Both the position numbers and the translations under genes were made by a program. Of a stretch of DNA of 64,000 bases, positions 27,303 to 41,105 are shown piece after piece (the first letter of the stretch is position 1; the number at the start of each line of letters is the position of its first letter). Origin of the DNA: Octopus vulgaris (Eukaryota). The notes beneath the pieces are model-generated. The model was not told the origin of the DNA. It worked only from the letters and a program-made list of their open reading frames with translations, and did no database searches. The stretch is taken from contig OX597840.1 of the NCBI GenBank assembly GCA_951406725.2, positions 21,452,001-21,516,000 of the forward strand. The letters are read 5' to 3'.

Positions 27303-27517
27303 AGATAGATAGGGACAGACAGACAGATAGATAGATAGATAGAGACAGACAGATAGATAGAGAGGTAGATAGATAGACAGATAGATAGAGACAGATAGAT
27401 AGATAGAGAGGTAGATAGATAGATAGATAGACAGATAGATAGAGAGTTAGATAGATAGATAGATAGAGATAGACAGATAGATAGAGAGGTAGATAGATAG
27501 ACAGATAGATAGAGAGG

Positions 27518-27589
<72 letters not shown>

Positions 27590-27864
27590 GACAGACAGAT
27601 AGATAGAGAGGTAGATAGATAGACAGATAGATAGAGACAGATAGATAGATAGAGAGGTAGATAGATAGATAGATAGATAGAGAGTTAGATAGATAGATAG
27701 ATAGAGATAGACAGATAGATAGAGAGGTAGATAGATAGACAGATAGATAGAGAGGTAGATAGATAGATAGACAGATAGATAGACAGATAGATAGACAGAT
27801 AGATAGAGAGTTAGATAGATAGATAGATAGATAGGTAGATAGATAGATAGACAGATAGATAGAT

Positions 27865-27909
<45 letters not shown>

Positions 27910-27913
27910 CAGA
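27303..27913. repeat. (GATA)n/(GACA)n compound tetranucleotide array
   Basis: Seen directly. Confidence 0.95.
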
Positions 27914-28499
27914 CTTGTGAGTGCGTGTTCCTGTTATTATACATATATGCACAGACAGATACAAAGATAATATATGCACATTAATGGATAACATATAAGA
28001 GAGGGAACGAAAAAAAAGCTAAGCTATCTGTTATTCACTCGAATCTGAAATCATAATTCCAAACTTCCCAAAGACGATTTTCGAACGAGTATTCTTTAAT
28101 ATTGCCCGTCTAAAAGACACTGGCACCAGGACACCCAAGATCAGCGATTTGCAAGGGTTCACCTCCTTATATTCTTTTATATATTTTCAATTTAAATAAA
28201 CGAATAATAAGATTAACGGACAAGACAACCTAGACACATGGAATGTATTAGTTTGATGTTCGGGATTAGACATCCATAGATATATACAAGGAAAGGTCTG
28301 GAGGTCTGACTTTGAAGTTTCGGCTTCTTAGATTCAGTTAGTGTAAGCCGAACACTTCGAAGTTCCTGTTAACCATTTCCTTGTAAAGAAATTCTTTTTT
28401 TTAAATATTTGGCAAATCCTTCATGTGTGTGTGTGTAAGCATTGTATATGTATATGCAAGTATTTGTATATATTTATTATATTTATACATATACATAAA

Positions 28500-28533
<34 letters not shown>

Positions 28534-28665
28534 ACCGTGATCACCGTGACCGACCAGGCTATCAGATGTTGTTACACATCGCTGGTCACAATGCATACAT
28601 ACATATATATATATACATACATACATAATATATACATACATATATACATACATACATATATACAT

Positions 28666-28730
<65 letters not shown>

Positions 28731-29357
28731 AATGTTAAGACATAAGGATAGCTGAAGCAGATAGGCACACATTATATACACGTTTATATATGTGTATATA
28801 CACACACACACGTACATGCACAAACGATAGTAATTGATCCATAAAAAGGCAATGTTATTTGTTTTAAAAACATCTGTAGACGAATATATATATTTATATA
28901 ATTTTCCCCCCAGATCCATAACATCCAGTAAATAAATTCCTAAAATGCAAAATAATTAAATACAAATGGCTAAATGCTGTTGTTGTGTTTAACCACAGGT
29001 AAACTCTGATCGGGCAGACAAATGACCAAAAGTGTCATCCCACCGTGACCACTCCGCCTTTGCAGGAGATCAACCGCTTTATAACATCTTAATTGACTTT
29101 TCTTTTCTTAATTACTCGTCGGTGCGTGATACGGGGGAGATACGCGACTGCTGTTTCTAGCAATTAATAACGACCACCCAGAGGCTTCCTCGTTGGCTCC
29201 CACCGAATAATGTTGCTCTTGTTAATATTATTAGAGTTAATAGTATTTGTTCAGACGTGTTAGTTTTATTATTATTATTATTATCATTCTCTCAGTCTCT
29301 CTCTCAGTCTCTCAGTCTTTCTCTCTCTCCTTTCTTCCGTCGTTTGTACACGATTAC

Positions 29358-29462
29358 CTTTTCCAGTCTTAAGAAGAAGTCCTTAATGTTTTGTTCTTCC
29401 GTCTTCCTTCCTTTATAGTTATTTTGCCTTAACAGCCTGGGCAGGGCAGCCACGAACGGATG
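29358..29462 (-). other. Candidate non-coding (5' UTR) exon of the minus-strand gene
   Basis: (CT)n tract plus CTGCAG| acceptor; donor AAG|GTAATC; unique sequence. Confidence 0.35.
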
Positions 29463-29471
29463 CTGCAGCAG

Positions 29472-29508
<37 letters not shown>

Positions 29509-29681
29509 AGAGAGTAGGAGAGAGAGAGGGAGAGAGAGGGAGCGAAAGAGAGAGAGAGGGAGGGAGGAATAGTGAGAGAGATATATATATAAGGAAGAGA
29601 GTAAGGGAGGGAGGGAGAGAAAGCGAGTGACTAACAGACAGATCGTGAGAGTTTAGATATGCATTTAAAGTGGGGTGTGTG

Positions 29682-29722
<41 letters not shown>

Positions 29723-30955
29723 AAGGGCGTCTATATATATAAATATATATGTATATAACACACATACACGTACGCACACGCACACACAAAGTGCGTGTGT
29801 TTGTGTGTGTATATGTATATGTATATATATATATGTGTGTGTATGTATGTCTGTATGTGTGTATATATATATATATATATATTACTTTTAACCGGCAGAA
29901 CATTGCAAAGTGACTCAAGGACTAAGAGTTTCGTGTAGAGCAAACCCCTCTCTCTGTCTCTCTTTCTCTCTCTCTCTCTATCTATCTACCTATCTATCTA
30001 CACATATATATAGAGAGAGAGGTGGGAGAGAAATCGATGAAGGTTAGCAGGCCAAAACTTCGAAGTCACTGTCACCCCCTCTTCTCGTAAAGATTATAAT
30101 TATAATAATAATGATAATAATAATAATATGAACTCAACAAAAAGAATTGAGCGTTTTGTGCAGATTGATGTAAAATAGTTTTTTATTATAAATTCTACAT
30201 AAAAAACAAACATTAATGTGTGTGTGTGTGTGTATTGTGAGTTTGTGAGTGTGTGTGTGTGAAGGGCACTAGAGAGATAGGGAGGGAGGGAGGGAGAAAG
30301 AAGTTATTTATAGAAGAGAACGAGGGGTGGGAGAACGACAAACAGACAGACAATAAGAGTTGAGGGAGGAAAGAAGAAGAAAGACTGGAAGTTATAAAAG
30401 GAGAATGGATCATGAAAGAGAGAGAGAGACAGAGAGAGGGGGGCTATGGTGATTGAGAAACAGAGACAGAGACAGAGAGACAGACAGACAGAGAAACAGA
30501 GAGAGACAGAGAGAGAGATAGGGGGAGAGAGACACAAAGAGAGAGAGACAGACAGAGAAACAGAGAGAGATAGAGAGAGAAACAGACAGACAAAGAAACA
30601 GAGAGAGAGGGGGTTATGGTGATTGAGAGAGAGGAAGACAATGTGTGACGGGGGGCAGATAGAGGAATAAATAAATGGCAGAAACGGTGTGAGAGAGGAA
30701 GAGAGAGAGAGGGGGTCCGGGGGGTGGGGGATGGCGAACAGTAATGTTGTTGGTGTTATTCTTTCAGTTGTTATCTTCTTACCCGTTTCAGATCGTCGTC
30801 ACACTCTTTCTTTATCTCTGGATATATCTTACTTAAATATCTGTATCACTTACTTACGGGGTGCATTCACTCACACACGCGTCAAAAAGTTTAAATCATA
30901 GGGAACTGAGGCAAACTTTTTGATATACGTAAATATATATATGTATATGTGTGTT

Positions 30956-31016
<61 letters not shown>

Positions 31017-31074
31017 GTATATGTGAGTGTGTATATATATATGTACATCTATATATACATATAAATATACATAA

Positions 31075-31122
<48 letters not shown>

Positions 31123-31157
31123 AAGGTTAAGAGATGATGTACAGGTATTTTATATTA

Positions 31158-31486
31158 GAAGAAAATGAGGTACTCAGAAATTCGGATGGTTTTACATTTA
31201 CAGATATTTATTTGTATATTACATGCTTTTATGCATCATATAACTTATATCATATATCATATATATTAGCGCTTTCGTCCATTCTGGTAGATTTTTCAAA
31301 TGGAACTAAGTTCCATTTAAAAAAATCCACCAGAATGGACGCAATTTGAAAAATCCACCAGAATGGTCGAAAGCGCTATATATATGATATATGACATAAG
31401 TTATATGATGCATAAAAACATGTAATATACAAATAAATATCTGTAAATGTAAAACCATCCGAATTTCTGAGTACCTCATTTTCTTC
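31158..31486. repeat. About 330-bp inverted repeat made from a short repeated element (other copies at 24830-24895, 40155-40318, 45930-46165)
   Basis: GAAGAAAATGAGGTACTCAGAAATTCGG... versus ...CCGAATTTCTGAGTACCTCATTTTCTTC; central hairpin AAATGGAACT-A-AGTTCCATTT. Confidence 0.88.
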
Positions 31487-31559
31487 CTTGCGCTTGTGTA
31501 TTCACGAATGAGTCCATTACCTTCATAAATAGATGGGACAACAGTAACACTTGGTTTTA

Positions 31560-32314
31560 GGTTCCCTCCTATTTCATTTTCTTTCTATAATTCTGTTGTG
31601 TTCTCAGCATCATGTTCAGGAAATAATCTCCTAATATGTTTGTTCAGCATACTTCCTTAAATGTTGTTTCGTTAAAAAATAGAAAAGGTCCAGAAGTTGA
31701 CTCACCTTTAAATTTCCTTGGGTTATGTAAATACCTCAAGAGAGCCAAGGTTTCGACATTTCTTCTCTTATTATATCTAGGCAGAAGTCTTTCACGAAGA
31801 TTTAGAGCCAAAGGGTTGCCAACTATATTAAGTTTATTCACTAAAAACTCTAGAATATTCCGCTTTCAGTAAACCCGAATCATCAGCGCAAATAGCCTTC
31901 AAAAGAATTTCTACTGAATGCAGAATTTCATACAGTAAATCGAGAGATTTCCAGTCTTCGTCAGCGATGGGCATCTGTGGAAAGTTCTGCTCGTAGAGCA
32001 TTTGGAATGCAGCTTTTCAATTTCCAAAATCTCTCAATCATATGGAATGTGCCATTCCACCGAGTTCTGCAATCCAGTAGAAGTTTATATTCTCTCTTAT
32101 CAAAGTTCGCTCCTACAAAATCTTGCAAAATTTCATTTTTTGTAGGAGATTTACGGAAAAGTTTTGAAATTTTACTTACCTTATTTAAAACTTTGTTAAA
32201 TTCAGGTTTTAGCTGGGGAAAACAAGCATTTTCGTGAGCCAAATCTGTTTGACAAAGTATGTCTTGTTGGCTTATGTCAGTTTCATCATCACCATCGTCT
32301 GTTATGGCGATCAC
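31560..32314 (-). pseudogene. hAT (BED-type) transposase relic
   Basis: KVSKISKLFRKSP...LLLDCRTRWNGTFHMIERFWKLK matches the hAT DxxTRWNS motif; stops and frameshifts. Confidence 0.85.
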
Positions 32315-32760
32315 TGTCGTCTGTTATGGCGGTCACTATCGTCTGTTACAGCGATCTCTTCACTTTTATCAAAAAATTTAGTGTTCCTTCCTTGAAGTGA
32401 ATCTGGAACTGGTTATTACATATGCTCAACGGGAAAGATCACCCGACTGAAGACTAACAGCATCCCCTTGACTTGCTATGAATAAACTCAGTTACCTGCA
32501 AATTCAAAGAGTTAGCCAGGGGTTAGCGAAGGAGATGACAAGGTGCTGATCTAATGTTCAAGGGGAAATCAGAGTTTAACCTTCATAATTTTATTGAATT
32601 AGGTCCATATTTTGCCTTAAAAGGAAAATGTTGCTATCGATCTATTTTATTCAGGGTAGGCACTGCATACTTTGCTTACCTAGGCAGCATGTCCCTGAGA
32701 TATTTATATATATATATATATATAAATTGATCAAAATAAAAACATGATGCCAAGGTTTCA

Positions 32761-32838
32761 GCGGTACATATGTTTCGGGCCTTTATTAGACAGATTTATA
32801 ACAATGCATAATGTATGTCTGTGGCCTTCTTCAGCCGC
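32761..32838 (-). ncRNA. Type-I hammerhead ribozyme motif with a complete core
   Basis: GCGG-CUGAAGA-AGGCC...GGCCC-GAA-ACAUAUGU-A-CCGC; helix I GCGG/CCGC, palindromic helix III, GUA cleavage triplet. Confidence 0.72.
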
Positions 32839-32989
32839 GCACAACTTCCACAAGGACATGTGTTACATCAAAAATTCTTGGTTGAGGATGCAAATCCTCT
32901 CATTCGCGTACGACATAATGCGGCAGCATAGAATTGAAGCGTCCATCTCGTTCTTCTCTTATCAAGTACTCACCCCGAATTTCTATCTA

Positions 32990-33025
<36 letters not shown>

Positions 33026-33099
33026 TATGGAAGACCAGCAGTCGCCCATGCATACCCTCGTCCCCCTCTCCACGTTATCCAAGGCAAAGGCAACAGTGA

Positions 33100-33263
33100 T
33101 GGCATCAGTGACATCGCAACTCATTTCTACAGCTGAGTGATTGGAGCAACGTGAAATAAAGCGTCTTGCTCATGAACACAACACGCAGCCCAGTCCGAGA
33201 TTCGAGCCCACAACCTCACGATCGTAAGCTCGATGCTCTAACCACTGAGCCATGCGCCTTCAC
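33100..33263 (-). mobile_element. tRNA-derived CORE-like SINE, 5' part
   Basis: GGCTCAGTGGTTAGAGCATCG (A box) ... GCTCGAATC (B box) ... GAGCAAGACGCTTTATTTCAC. Confidence 0.8.
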
Positions 33264-33323
33264 ACACATACACACACACACACATACACACACATACACA
33301 CACACACACATACACACACACAC

Positions 33324-33363
<40 letters not shown>

Positions 33364-33409
33364 ATATACATATATATAACACACACATATATATATGTTT
33401 GTCAATACT

Positions 33410-33680
33410 GACATTTTTTCAGCCATCTTAGAAACGTTTGAACCACTCATACTCTCCTCTCCATACACTTTCTGCAACTTTGCGCCGGCCTCTGAGCAGG
33501 TATCACCATGACAACTTCCTCTGCCATGGTCAATGTGACGATCACACACTACACACCTTCCTTCCAAACACTGCTGTAAACACTGGAAGTGAGCTAGAAT
33601 GTTAAATCTTAGTGTGCATGCATAGCAGAGTCCAAGGTCAACTTTTGCAAATCGGCTTCACTTTGTGTGCAATAGCTTTG
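33410..33680 (-). pseudogene. Mariner transposase N-terminal relic
   Basis: KLQKVYGEESMSGSNVSK resembles the mariner HTH region. Confidence 0.55.
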
Positions 33681-33721
33681 TAAATATGGGCACAGTCTAG
33701 ATACTTATTGCTCAGAGCTTG

Positions 33722-33836
<115 letters not shown>

Positions 33837-35219
33837 GGATAAGATTGTTATTTAAAATACCGATCATATCAAGTGGCCAGCATGGGAATAAAAACCTTAT
33901 AGGTAATAATTATTAATAATTTCTCCTTGTGCTGTATGAATTCATAATGTGATTTTAGAGTCAAGTTTTGACTGCTATCTCTAGCATGATAGTATCTTTT
34001 AGATACCCTTAATTATAATTTTATATATATGTGTCTGTGTGTGTATATACACACTCCCAAGCACAGACACATACACACACACATATAGATGTTTATATTT
34101 ATGTATGTATGTCTGCCTCCCACTACCGTTTGATAACCGGTGTTGGTGTGTTTACACCCCCGTGACTTAACTGTTTGACAAAAGGGGACTGATAGAATAA
34201 ATACCAGGTTTTAAAAAGAAGCACTTGGGCCGATTTATTCGACTAAAACCCTCCAAGGCGGCGACCCAGGGTGGTCACAGTCCAATGACAGAAACCAGTG
34301 AAAGTTACCCCCATAGACACCCGGGTCCCCCTACGATGCACCAGTGTGCCACATTGCCCTGTCTGAGAGCCACTGATTCATTCCCCCATCGTTCTCTGAA
34401 TCTATTCGTCTACCTCTGTCTCTCTCTCTCTCTCCCCAACGATCTTTTTTTCACCTGCCTTTTTGTATCTGTTCTCTCGTCTCTGTTTTCCTTATTACTT
34501 ATCTCACCCCCACAACCACCACCACCACCGCCACCACCATCGCTGCATCATTCTCTCTTTCAGATATCTTCAGAGGTATTTTACAAGAGTTAGGAAGTGT
34601 GTTGTGGAGTGTTGAACTTCCACCCGTATCATCTACCCTTATTTCAAAGAAGAATGTACGGATATAGCTTTCTTCGTTTGCAGACCTAACATTCTCTTTA
34701 TATATAAATTCACTTCGGTGTATCCCCCCCCCCTCCGACAGCTTCTGAAAAGAAAGAAAAAAAGAAACTTTTTTCTCTCGTTTACCTCCCCCTCTGTTCC
34801 CTTTTCCACCTCCTCCTCCTCTCTCTCAGTTGCCTCCCCTTCCTTTCTGTGTATTCATCACTCTTCCTTTACCTCCTCCATTTTTTTACGACACTCCTTC
34901 TCCTTCCTATTATTTCTCTTTCTTTCTCTTACAGTTCCTCTTCCTCCTTACCCCCTCTCGCTGACTCACTGTCTCTCTTCACTTCCCTCGCTATCTCTCT
35001 CTCTCCCTCTATTGCTCTTAAGCTTTCACCCTCTCTCTCTTTTTCTGCATCTCACATTCACTGACTTCCCACACTCTGTCTGTACATCTAGCTTTGATAA
35101 GTGCGAATGCACGAAACTCTGAGCCCTTGAGTCGCTCTGTTGCTTCTGCTAAATATTCATTAAAAGATATATACACCCATGTTCTGAGTTCTATTTTTCC
35201 TGTTTCCATCACCAAACCT

Positions 35220-35222
35220 CTC

Positions 35223-35280
<58 letters not shown>

Positions 35281-35318
35281 AATCCGTCTGTCTGTCTATC
35301 TATCTCTCTATCTATCTA

Positions 35319-35353
<35 letters not shown>

Positions 35354-35362
35354 CTCTATCTA

Positions 35363-35397
<35 letters not shown>

Positions 35398-35410
35398 CTC
35401 TATCTATCTA

Positions 35411-35441
<31 letters not shown>

Positions 35442-35499
35442 CTCTATCTATCTATCTGTCTGTCTGTCTGTCTATCTATCTACCTATCTATCTATCCAT

Positions 35500-35574
<75 letters not shown>

Positions 35575-35575
35575 C

Positions 35576-35617
<42 letters not shown>

Positions 35618-35655
35618 GTTTGTCTGTCTATCTACCTATCTATCTATTTATCTCG
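35220..35655. repeat. (TATC)n/(TGTC)n array
   Basis: Seen directly. Confidence 0.95.
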
Positions 35656-36584
35656 CTAGCTACACACACACACTCATGCATATCACCAACAGCTCAGCTC
35701 CAAAGCTGTAAGACTCATAACGCCCTCACACCTTCCCTCACCTTCTCAACTCTATATTTCTATATTTCCCTCATTTATTCTCTCCCCCCCTCTCTCTCTA
35801 TTATCTCCTTTCTCGTTTCACTTATCCTTGTTTTTTTTTCCCACCATTTCCGTTATTTTCTTTCCTCTTCGCTCTTTTCATCTTTTCTCCCACAACTTCC
35901 TTTTGCTTGACATTGTTCCAATAACACAGAATTACGATTCTCAACGAAGTAAGAAAACCATTCTATTTTATTTTCATTAAAGCTTTTATTAGTGTTCGCA
36001 TCCAAACCGTTCCCAGGGGAAAAGCATGATGCCACAACTTCCTGGCTTAGAGCATTGGTGAAATAATTAAGGCAAGCAGCTAGGCGTCTGTGGCATTTGA
36101 TTACGGTCCTTTAGGTCATGAGTTCAAATGCAGCCAACGTCAACTTTTTCCCTTTCATCCTTCTGGGTTAATTTTAGTAAAAATGTAACTTCCAGCAATC
36201 TGCTTCGGAACATCTTGCTCAAGATTGCTCACCGTAGTAGTGCAGTGGGGTACAATGGAATCAGGGCTGGATTAAGACCCATAGAGGCCCTAAGAACTTA
36301 AAAGATTTCGGTGACCCCATATACATGTAATTCAAAATATAAACAATAATAAACAATAAAATAAATTTTTATTTCTCAAAATGAAACAAAACTAAACCAT
36401 ACAGGTACTTCTCATTTTTGCCAGCTGAGTGGACTGGAATACTGAAGGACATGACATGCTGCCAGGTATTGAACTCCTGACCTTGTAAATTTTAGCTGAA
36501 TGCCATAACCACCAAGCCAAGTGCCTTCACATAAAAAATATAAAATACATATATACACACCATATATATGTATTATATATAATA

Positions 36585-36747
36585 GGCGCAGGAGTGGCCG
36601 TGTGGTAAGTAGCTTGTTTACCAACCGCATGGTTCCGGGTTCAGTCCCACTGCGTGGCACCTTGGGCAAGTGTCTTCTACTATAGCCTCGGGTCGACCAA
36701 AACCTTGTGAGTGGATTTGGTAGACGGAAACTGAAAGAAGCCCGTCG

Positions 36748-36790
<43 letters not shown>

Positions 36791-37005
36791 ATATGTTTGT
36801 GTGTCTGTGTTTGTACCCCCAACATTGCTTGACAACTGATGCTGGTGTGTTTACGTCCCCGTGACTTAGCAGTTAGGCAAAAGAGACTGATAGAATAAGT
36901 ACTAGGCTTACAAAGAATAAGTCCCGGGGTCGATTTGCACGACTAAAGGCAGTGCTCCAGCATGGCCGCAGTCAAATGACTGAAACAAGTAAAAGAGTAA
37001 AGAGT
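36585..37005 (+). mobile_element. Full-length composite tRNA-derived SINE with an internal microsatellite
   Basis: tRNA-like head, CCTTGGGCAAGTG core, (TA)n(TG)n, 3' part ending AAAAGAGTAAAGAGT; near-identical to 63502-63915. Confidence 0.88.
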
Positions 37006-37755
37006 ATATATATATATATATGTGTGGTCCCTTCTGGTGAAATGACATCAAAACAATTGCAGCGTTATCCTTCATCTTTCAATAACTGAATGGTCTTCTG
37101 TTTCTCTTTCTAATTTAGACTAAATCCTGGCCAGCCACTGACTTGGTAGCAACGTTGAGAAGGTAAGTCCCTTGTTTTAATCATCACTTTTAAATCTTAA
37201 GAAGTTTTTGAAGATTTTTGTAGTCCCGGATATCATGATCATTTGTAGTGTATGAATTAAGGACTTGCATTCTCTCCCCCAAGGGCCCAACTTCAGCCAT
37301 ACTTTGTTCCGTGACCAGTTTGGAGTATTTTATAAGTTTCTGCTGTGTGTTTTCCCAGTTTAACACAAAAAAACTTCATTGCATAGAGTGAGCTTTCAAG
37401 TTGTCTTCATGTCCCAACTGCATTCTGCAAACAAGTCACCTGTGACAAGGCAGCAATGTTCAGTCAGGTGTGGCGAAAGTGCTGTTACAGTCGTTTCCTT
37501 CACTCTGCAATAAAATAAAGGTGGCAGGTCAGCTTATTGAATGTATCAGTGATGCTACACTAAAATTACAATAATTCTATGACAGTTGTAACTGCCTCTC
37601 CTACAAAAGTCTCAAAGCTTCTGGAATGCACCTTTTTGTGTGTGTGTGCGCGCGCACACACACACACAATCATGCATGTAGTAGTGTTGACAGTCATGCT
37701 TTACAATTTTTGACTGCTTCAAAAATTGTAAAGCATGACTGTCACCACTGCTACA

Positions 37756-37800
37756 TGAACCTGAAGATTGCAGAATTTAATGCATGAAAGTTCTAGTTCA
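37756..37800 (+). ncRNA. Minimal type-I hammerhead ribozyme motif with a complete core
   Basis: UGAAC-CUGAAGA-UUGCA-GAAUUUAA-UGCAU-GAA-AGUUCU-A-GUUCA; 5-bp helix I; CUA triplet. Confidence 0.75.
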
Positions 37801-37944
37801 ATCAGAATGAACATTTAACATTCTACTATTTCATTTTATTTTATTTTATTCTATTATATTATCTTATATCATTATAAGATTGTAAATAAAACATGAAAAT
37901 CAGACAAGGGCGGAATTCCTTTTATTAATATATTCTTCTATACA

Positions 37945-38044
37945 CACTATATATATATTATATATATATATATATATAACAATTATATATATATGTGTGT
38001 ATATATATATATATATTTATATATATATTATATACCCCTCCCCG

Positions 38045-38075
<31 letters not shown>

Positions 38076-38082
38076 TTATATA

Positions 38083-38125
<43 letters not shown>

Positions 38126-38209
38126 GTATATATATATATACACATATATATATATATATATATACATTTATATATATATGTGTATATATATATATACATA
38201 TATATATAA

Positions 38210-38243
<34 letters not shown>

Positions 38244-38284
38244 TTATATATATATGTGTATATATATATATACATATATATATA

Positions 38285-38368
<84 letters not shown>

Positions 38369-38420
38369 GTGTATGTGTGGCGTGTGTGTGTGTGTGTGTA
38401 CACACACACACATACATATA
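37945..38420. repeat. (TA)n-dominated microsatellite
   Basis: Seen directly. Confidence 0.95.
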
Positions 38421-38514
38421 CACAAGTACTCAATGGTGAGCAAAGGGAGGTGCAGAAAAGAAAAAAGGAGAGAAAAACAGAGAGAGGGGGAGAAAGGGAG
38501 AGAAGCGGGGAGGG

Positions 38515-38556
<42 letters not shown>

Positions 38557-38859
38557 ATGTTGACAGAAAGATCAGGAAGGATAGGCAAAGGTTGCGAGGG
38601 GGTGGATAGAGTGAGTAAGCTGCGGATAGAATAAGGGTGGCTTGCTGATATACGAGAAGCAACAATGGCAGTTATGTTGGCAGAATGCTGGAAGATGGTG
38701 GAAGGAATGTGGGAAGATATGGCCCTTCCACCCCTGCCCTCCTCATCTGCACCCATCCCTTGGGCAATGAAGGGGAGGGAGAGAGTACTTTAGTACATCA
38801 TACATCAATCACACTGCAATGTCGGGGGGGGGGGGGATAGCAGCAGCAGCAGTAGCAGC

Positions 38860-38890
<31 letters not shown>

Positions 38891-39100
38891 AAATCTTTTA
38901 TCTTGTTTTTGTCATGGGGCTGTGCCCATGCTGGGGCACCACTCTAAATGGTTTCTCAAACAAATCTACTCCAGTACTTATTGGATTTTTAAAAAAAACC
39001 TGGTGCATCTTTCATCTTCATTTTTTGCCAAACTGCTAAGTTAGGGAGACACAAACAAACCAACACCAGTTGTCAAGCAGTGGTGGGGGTGTATGTATGC

Positions 39101-39148
<48 letters not shown>

Positions 39149-40121
39149 ATATGTATGTATATATGTATGTATGTATGTATATATATGTATGTATGTAGGT
39201 ATGTATATATGTATGTATGCATGTATATGTATGTATATATATATGTATGTATGTATGTAGGTAGGTATGTATATATATGTATGTATACATACATAATATT
39301 TTACAAAAAACTTTAAGGTGTGTTGTTGTTTTGGGTTCACCCCATCCTTGTTGGTTGTATAAATTTGGGTTATTACCACCAGGTTATAACAAGGATTAGA
39401 TTATCTGAGATGTTTTTCCTTGTAGTTGTTTAAATCCAAATCAGCTCTGACAGGGTAGACATGCTTAAAGACGTCCCACCCTTAATCATCGTCTCTTCAT
39501 TCAGTGTATCGAGAACTACATTGTCTGTTTTCTTCCACTTAAACAGTACGGTTTAAAGTGAGGGTGCTCTGGCTACTTTTCTTAGCAGGTTGAGTGATCA
39601 TGTCAAATGACTGACTAACTGGTTCTCTGTTACTTCTGATGATGAGTGATCCAGTTGATCCGATGAATGGCCTGCTTGTGAAATTAAATGCAAGTGGTTG
39701 AGTACTCCACAGACACATGTGCCCTTAATGTAGTTCTTTGTGACAGAGGTTAATGGGCATCCTGCTCTCTTTCCCCGCTTTATGCTTGTCTAGCCATTTT
39801 TAAACTTCTCAATACACACTTCTACACGATAGAGTATTGTCCCTGCATTGTACTGAAGGCCTGTGGTGAATTTCAGCCCCTGACACAACTTCAGACCAGA
39901 TCCCTAATCTGTGATTCCTTGGTGCACTCTGCCAGAAGATTGGTCGTGTTTACTCTGTAACACAAGAAAGAAAACTGGAACAATCAAGGCTAAATCTCAG
40001 TTGTTATGTAACCACAAGAATTTCCACCTTTTGGCACACAAACACAGAAAGTAGTGTGGCAAACCTAAAGAAGGCCTTGGCAGCAGTGCAGATAATTTGA
40101 CTTCCCCTTGTACATGCATGC

Positions 40122-40155
<34 letters not shown>

Positions 40156-40337
40156 TAGAAGGTTTGGAGATGGTGTACAGGTATTATATATTAGAAGAAA
40201 TGAGGTACTCAGAAATCTGGATGGTTTTATATTTACAGATATTTATTTGTATATTACATGTTTTTATAAATCATATATCATATATTAGCGCTTTCGTCCA
40301 CTCTAGTGGAGTTTTACATATATATATATATATGCGT

Positions 40338-40652
40338 GGAGGCGCAATGGCCTAGTGGTTAGGGCAGCGGACTCACGGTCGTAGGATCGCGGTTTCGATT
40401 CCCAGACCGGGCGTTGTGAGTGTTTATTGAGCGAAAACACCTAAAGCCCCACGAGGCTCCGGCAGGGGGTGGTGGCGATCCCTGCTGTACTCTTTCGCCA
40501 CAACTTTCTCTTACTCTTTCTTCTGTTGGCCTGCTCGCTTAGCCAGTGGGGTGGCGTTATTTGGAGGCTAAAACAATGCGAAGCGCATTGTGACCAGCGA
40601 TGTGTAACAACATCTGATAGCCTGGTCGGTCACGGTGATCACGATGACGGTG
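40338..40652 (+). mobile_element. tRNA(Arg)-like SINE; other copies 46397-46686, 52803-53092 (different tail), 28530-28592 (-)
   Basis: GGCCTAGTGGTTAGGGCAGCGGACTC...GTTTCGATTCCC A/B boxes; tail GGTCACGGTGATCACG. Confidence 0.85.
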
Positions 40653-41105
40653 ATGGATATAGACATACACACACATATAATTTTTAAAGTAATGGAAGCT
40701 GAAAATTCCGGACTTTCGGAAAATTAAAAAAGCTCTTCTCAGATGCAAATTTGGACACCCGAATACAGGACGTGTTCTGGAAGGCAAAGACATACGGCAA
40801 CGCAAATAATGAGGCTCTCTGGCTGACTCCATATTATTTGTTATTGTTGTCTGGTCTCACTTCAACCTCAATTCATCAAAAGCACTCACTGTTCAGCGAC
40901 CATGAAGAGACGCACTCATTAGCTTCACTCTCGATATGGAACTGTTACGGTCTCTTTGTATATTGTTATGTTTACCGATTTCTGTACATTTATGTTAAAA
41001 ACCCGGTACACGCAATTGAGGCATTAGTTAATTAAAATAGCCGCCTACGTATCATAGTCAATAGGCCTGTTACAGCTGTATTTGTCCTCAGGTAATAGTT
41101 TTTGT

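Noticed and set aside
40338-40410. tRNA genes at SINE heads
   Set aside because: No complete cloverleaf, and they run into SINE bodies present in many copies
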